Source of the DNA: Piromyces finnis finn
Taxonomy: Eukaryota; Fungi; Neocallimastigomycota
Direction: 5' to 3'
Assembly (NCBI GenBank): GCA_002104945.1
Contig: MCFH01000016.1
Span: forward strand, 186,001-250,000
DNA: 64,000 nt
The position numbers and the translations under genes are program-made. Positions 60,865-64,000 of this stretch are shown here, one piece after another. Numbering within the stretch: the first letter of the stretch is position 1; every line of letters begins with the position of its first letter. The notes under the pieces were generated by a model. It searched no databases, had not been told where the DNA came from, and saw only the letters and a program-made list of their open reading frames with translations.

Positions 60865-62516
60865 TTATTTTATTTTTCTTTCGTTTCTTTACTTTTTTAT
60901 GTAAATGTATAAAGTCTTTTTTTTTTTTTTAAGGTTATTCTTTCTCTCTTTTATTTTTTTATATTATAACTTTTTATTTCAGTAAAACTGGTTTGAAACT
61001 CAAAATTTTGAAAAAATAATAAAACTGAAAAAGTTATCTTGTAATTCTTAATATTCTAGTTTTTTGCGAGAAGAAATGCTAAACTATTAATATTTTTTTT
61101 CTTTTCTTTTTATTTTACTCAGTATAATAAAAAAAAAAAATCTCTTATAATAAACGGTTTAAATTAAAAACTCTACCTAAAAAATAATATTATTTAATAA
61201 TAATAATAAAAAAAAACCATATTTATTAATAAAAGTAAATATATTTCATAAAATTAATTATTAACATCTAGAATTCTATAGGAATAAAGTTTTTAATTTT
61301 TGAAAGAAAAACCTTTTAAACTTTTTGATTTTTTCATTAAATCATTAATAAACTTTAAAAATTTAATTAAATTTTTTTAATTATTTTTTGAAATTAAGAA
61401 AAAAGTTGGAAAGGTAAAAAAAAAAAAAAAAAAAAAAAAGAAAATATTTTTTATGCTTACAATTTCAATAAAAAGAAATCATTAATAATATACATTTATT
61501 GTAAATCGAGTTTTATTTTTTTTTTTTTTAAAAGTCAAAAATCAAAATTAATATTATTTAAATAAAAAAAAGAAAATAATTAAAAATAATACTTTTAAAT
61601 TTAATTAAATTTTTTAAATTCAGTTTTCGTTTTCTTTTTTAATTTTTTTGTGGATATAATCAATAAATAATCAATAGCCATAGTTTCATAGTTTCATTGT
61701 AGGATTATAAGTTGAAAAAAAAAAGGTTTAATAACATTTTAGATTATAATAACTTTAAAATTAAATATCTTTTTTAACTGTTTTATTATTCTTTTATTCT
61801 TTATTATTATTTCATTTTAACCATAATTTGAAGTTTGAAAATTTTTTATTTTTATTTTTTCGGTTAAAAAATTAATTTAGTAAAAATTTAAAAATAAAAA
61901 ATATTCAAATAAAAAAATAAACAAAGAATAAAAAAAAAAAATAAAAAAAAAATTAAATTTTAAAATTAAAAAATAAGAATTAAAATTGTTTTAAAGTAAT
62001 GATAAAGAAAGAATAAAAAGAAAAAAGTCAAAACAATATATATATTATTAAAAGAAACTAAACATTTATGGATAATACATATTAAATACATTACAATAAA
62101 TAAATTTGTGAAAAAAAAAAAGAAAACCAAAATCTATTCAAAAGTGCATTTCTTAAATTTTAATTTTGAATTTCAATTTTTATTCATAGCTTCATAATAA
62201 TCATTACTTTTAATAATAAACAAACACCAACACCAACACCAACACCAATATATATATATACATATGTATACATAGCAGATATAGTAAGACAAATAATCTC
62301 CATATACTAATACATAGAAATATAGAAATATAAATAACAATAAATATAATTATAAATAAAGAAAGATTTATCATTATCAAAGAATCTTTTATTTCATTTT
62401 ATAATTTTATTTAATAAATAAAGAGAAAAGTCAGTTATTATTTTTTTTATTTTTTATTCTACAACAATAAAAAATATATATAAAAAATATATTATATATT
62501 ATATATAAATATATAA

Positions 62517-63283
62517 ATGGCATTTCTAAATCAAATTTTACGAATTACAGAAACGAAAATTAATAACTATAAACATATAATAAAAAAACAACTATACTCC
62601 AATCAAAATATTTATTTAACAAACTTTCTAAGTAAAATGGTAGTACCAACTTGGATATATCTTATTGTTCTTTTTGGACTCTCTATCCTCACTATTTTGA
62701 GGGAACCAATTTATATATGTATATTAGCTGCTATATTAGCTGGTTTAGCTACACACAAACTTATACCGTCATTTAAACCTCAATTAATAAAAGCTCGTTT
62801 ATGTGGCACAGATATGCATAAAAAGGACAAACGTTTATTGTAAATATAAATATTACTTTTTTTTTTTATCCATTTAATATTTAATACATGTTTATAATAT
62901 TATAATATATTTTTTACTTTTGTTTTTATTTTTTGTTAGCCAACATTTATTTTTAAACCAATACTATTACTATGAAATTTAATGTATAATTTATTTTAAA
63001 ATAATTAATTATAGACCCGAAGCAGTAGGTGTTGTTTCTGGTATGTCTTATATTGTTTGTCTTTGTTTATTAATTCCATTTCCATTTGTAAAGTGGTTTT
63101 TAAATGAAAAAAATGGAAGTCAATTAAACCAGGAAGAATTTCCACATCATAAGGTAAATAAATTTTTATTATATACGAGTAATTAATATTAACAATCAAC
63201 AAATTGCAATTTGTTTTCTATGTAAATTTTTATTAAAAAATAATAAATAAATAAATAAGTGAATAAATAAATAAATAAATGAA

Positions 63284-63318
<35 letters not shown>

Positions 63319-63323
63319 GTGAA

Positions 63324-63354
<31 letters not shown>

Positions 63355-64000
63355 ATGAATAAATAAATGAATAAATAAATAAATAAATAAATGAATAAAT
63401 AAATAAGTGAATAAATAAATGAATAAATAAATAAATAAATGAATAAATAAATGAATAAATAAATAAATAAATGAATAAATAAATGAATAAATAAATAAAT
63501 GAATAAATAAATAAATGTATATATATATATACTATATAATATATCTCTAATAATTATTATGCTATTTAAAGTTTGAAGAATTTATTGCTGGAATTTTATC
63601 TATTGTATCCATGCTTTTCCTTGGTATTATTGATGATGTATTAAACTTAAGATGGAGACAAAAATTATTATTTCCAACAATTGCTACTCTTCCATTATTG
63701 ATGGTATATATCGTTAGTTATGGTGTAACAACAATTGTTGTTCCAATTCCACTTAGACCTATTTTTGGAAGAATTATTGAATTGGGTCCTTTATACTATA
63801 TATATATGGGTATGGTAGCTGTATTTTGTACAAACGCAATCAATATTCATGCTGGTATTAATGGTTTAGAAGTTGGTCAATCTATTGTTATAGCTCTTTC
63901 AATTATTATAAATGATTTCCATTTCTTGCTTACCGGTGCTCAACCAGCTGTAGAAGCTCATACCTTTTCATTATTCTTTTTAATACCATTTGTAGCTGTC
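62517..64000 (+). CDS. ALG7: UDP-GlcNAc:dolichyl-phosphate GlcNAc-1-phosphate transferase (GPT/DPAGT1), truncated by window end
   Basis: [64 protein letters not shown]. Exons 62517-62839, 63015-63153, 63572->64000. Confidence 0.96.
63243..63516. repeat. ~275-bp interrupted (AAAT)n satellite with periodic GAAT/GTGAAT variants in ALG7 intron 2
   Basis: Read directly; runs of aataaata are punctuated by tgaata/gtgaata and single-A insertions. Confidence 0.92.

Noticed and set aside
62224-62247. (ACACCA)4 upstream of ALG7, superficially telomere- or Rap1-site-like
   Set aside because: Only four units, internal, and not the TTAGGG type; treated as a simple microsatellite.

Overview
Extremely AT-rich, intron-rich eukaryotic DNA with short GT-AG introns, poly-A/T tracts and AAT microsatellites. 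The proteins are fungal-type and one is an enkurin-family (flagellar/centriolar) protein, so the source is most likely an anaerobic gut fungus (Neocallimastigomycota); that assignment is inference. Manual splicing gave 13 protein-coding genes. In order: inorganic pyrophosphatase IPP1 (+); Srp40/Nopp140-like nucleolar protein (+); an orphan acidic/coiled-coil protein with a (PQLQ)13 array (+); a SMYD-type SET/MYND protein with an N-terminal hydrophobic anchor (-); a LIM-domain-binding (Ldb1/Mfg1-like) Q-rich co-regulator (+); Rab6/Ypt6 (-); MCM4 (-); an atypical protein kinase (+); CDH1/Fzr (-); glutamate 5-kinase PRO1 (+); an orphan type I membrane protein (+); an enkurin-domain protein (-); and ALG7/DPAGT1 (+, cut by the window end). 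I found no rRNA, tRNA, CRISPR array or intact transposon, and no clear novel multi-gene system. The best leads are single-locus. (1) A putatively membrane-anchored SET/MYND protein whose SAM-binding and post-SET zinc motifs look eroded. (2) A decayed GATA zinc-finger relic in apparently intergenic DNA at about 29.9 kb, missed by the ORF track. (3) An in-frame, presequence-like extension on IPP1 suggesting dual cytosol/hydrogenosome targeting. (4) A kinase with no glycine-rich loop and an HLDxTxxN catalytic loop. (5) A CDH1 whose C-box is at about residue 600. All family assignments come from motif recognition by eye; no database searches were run.
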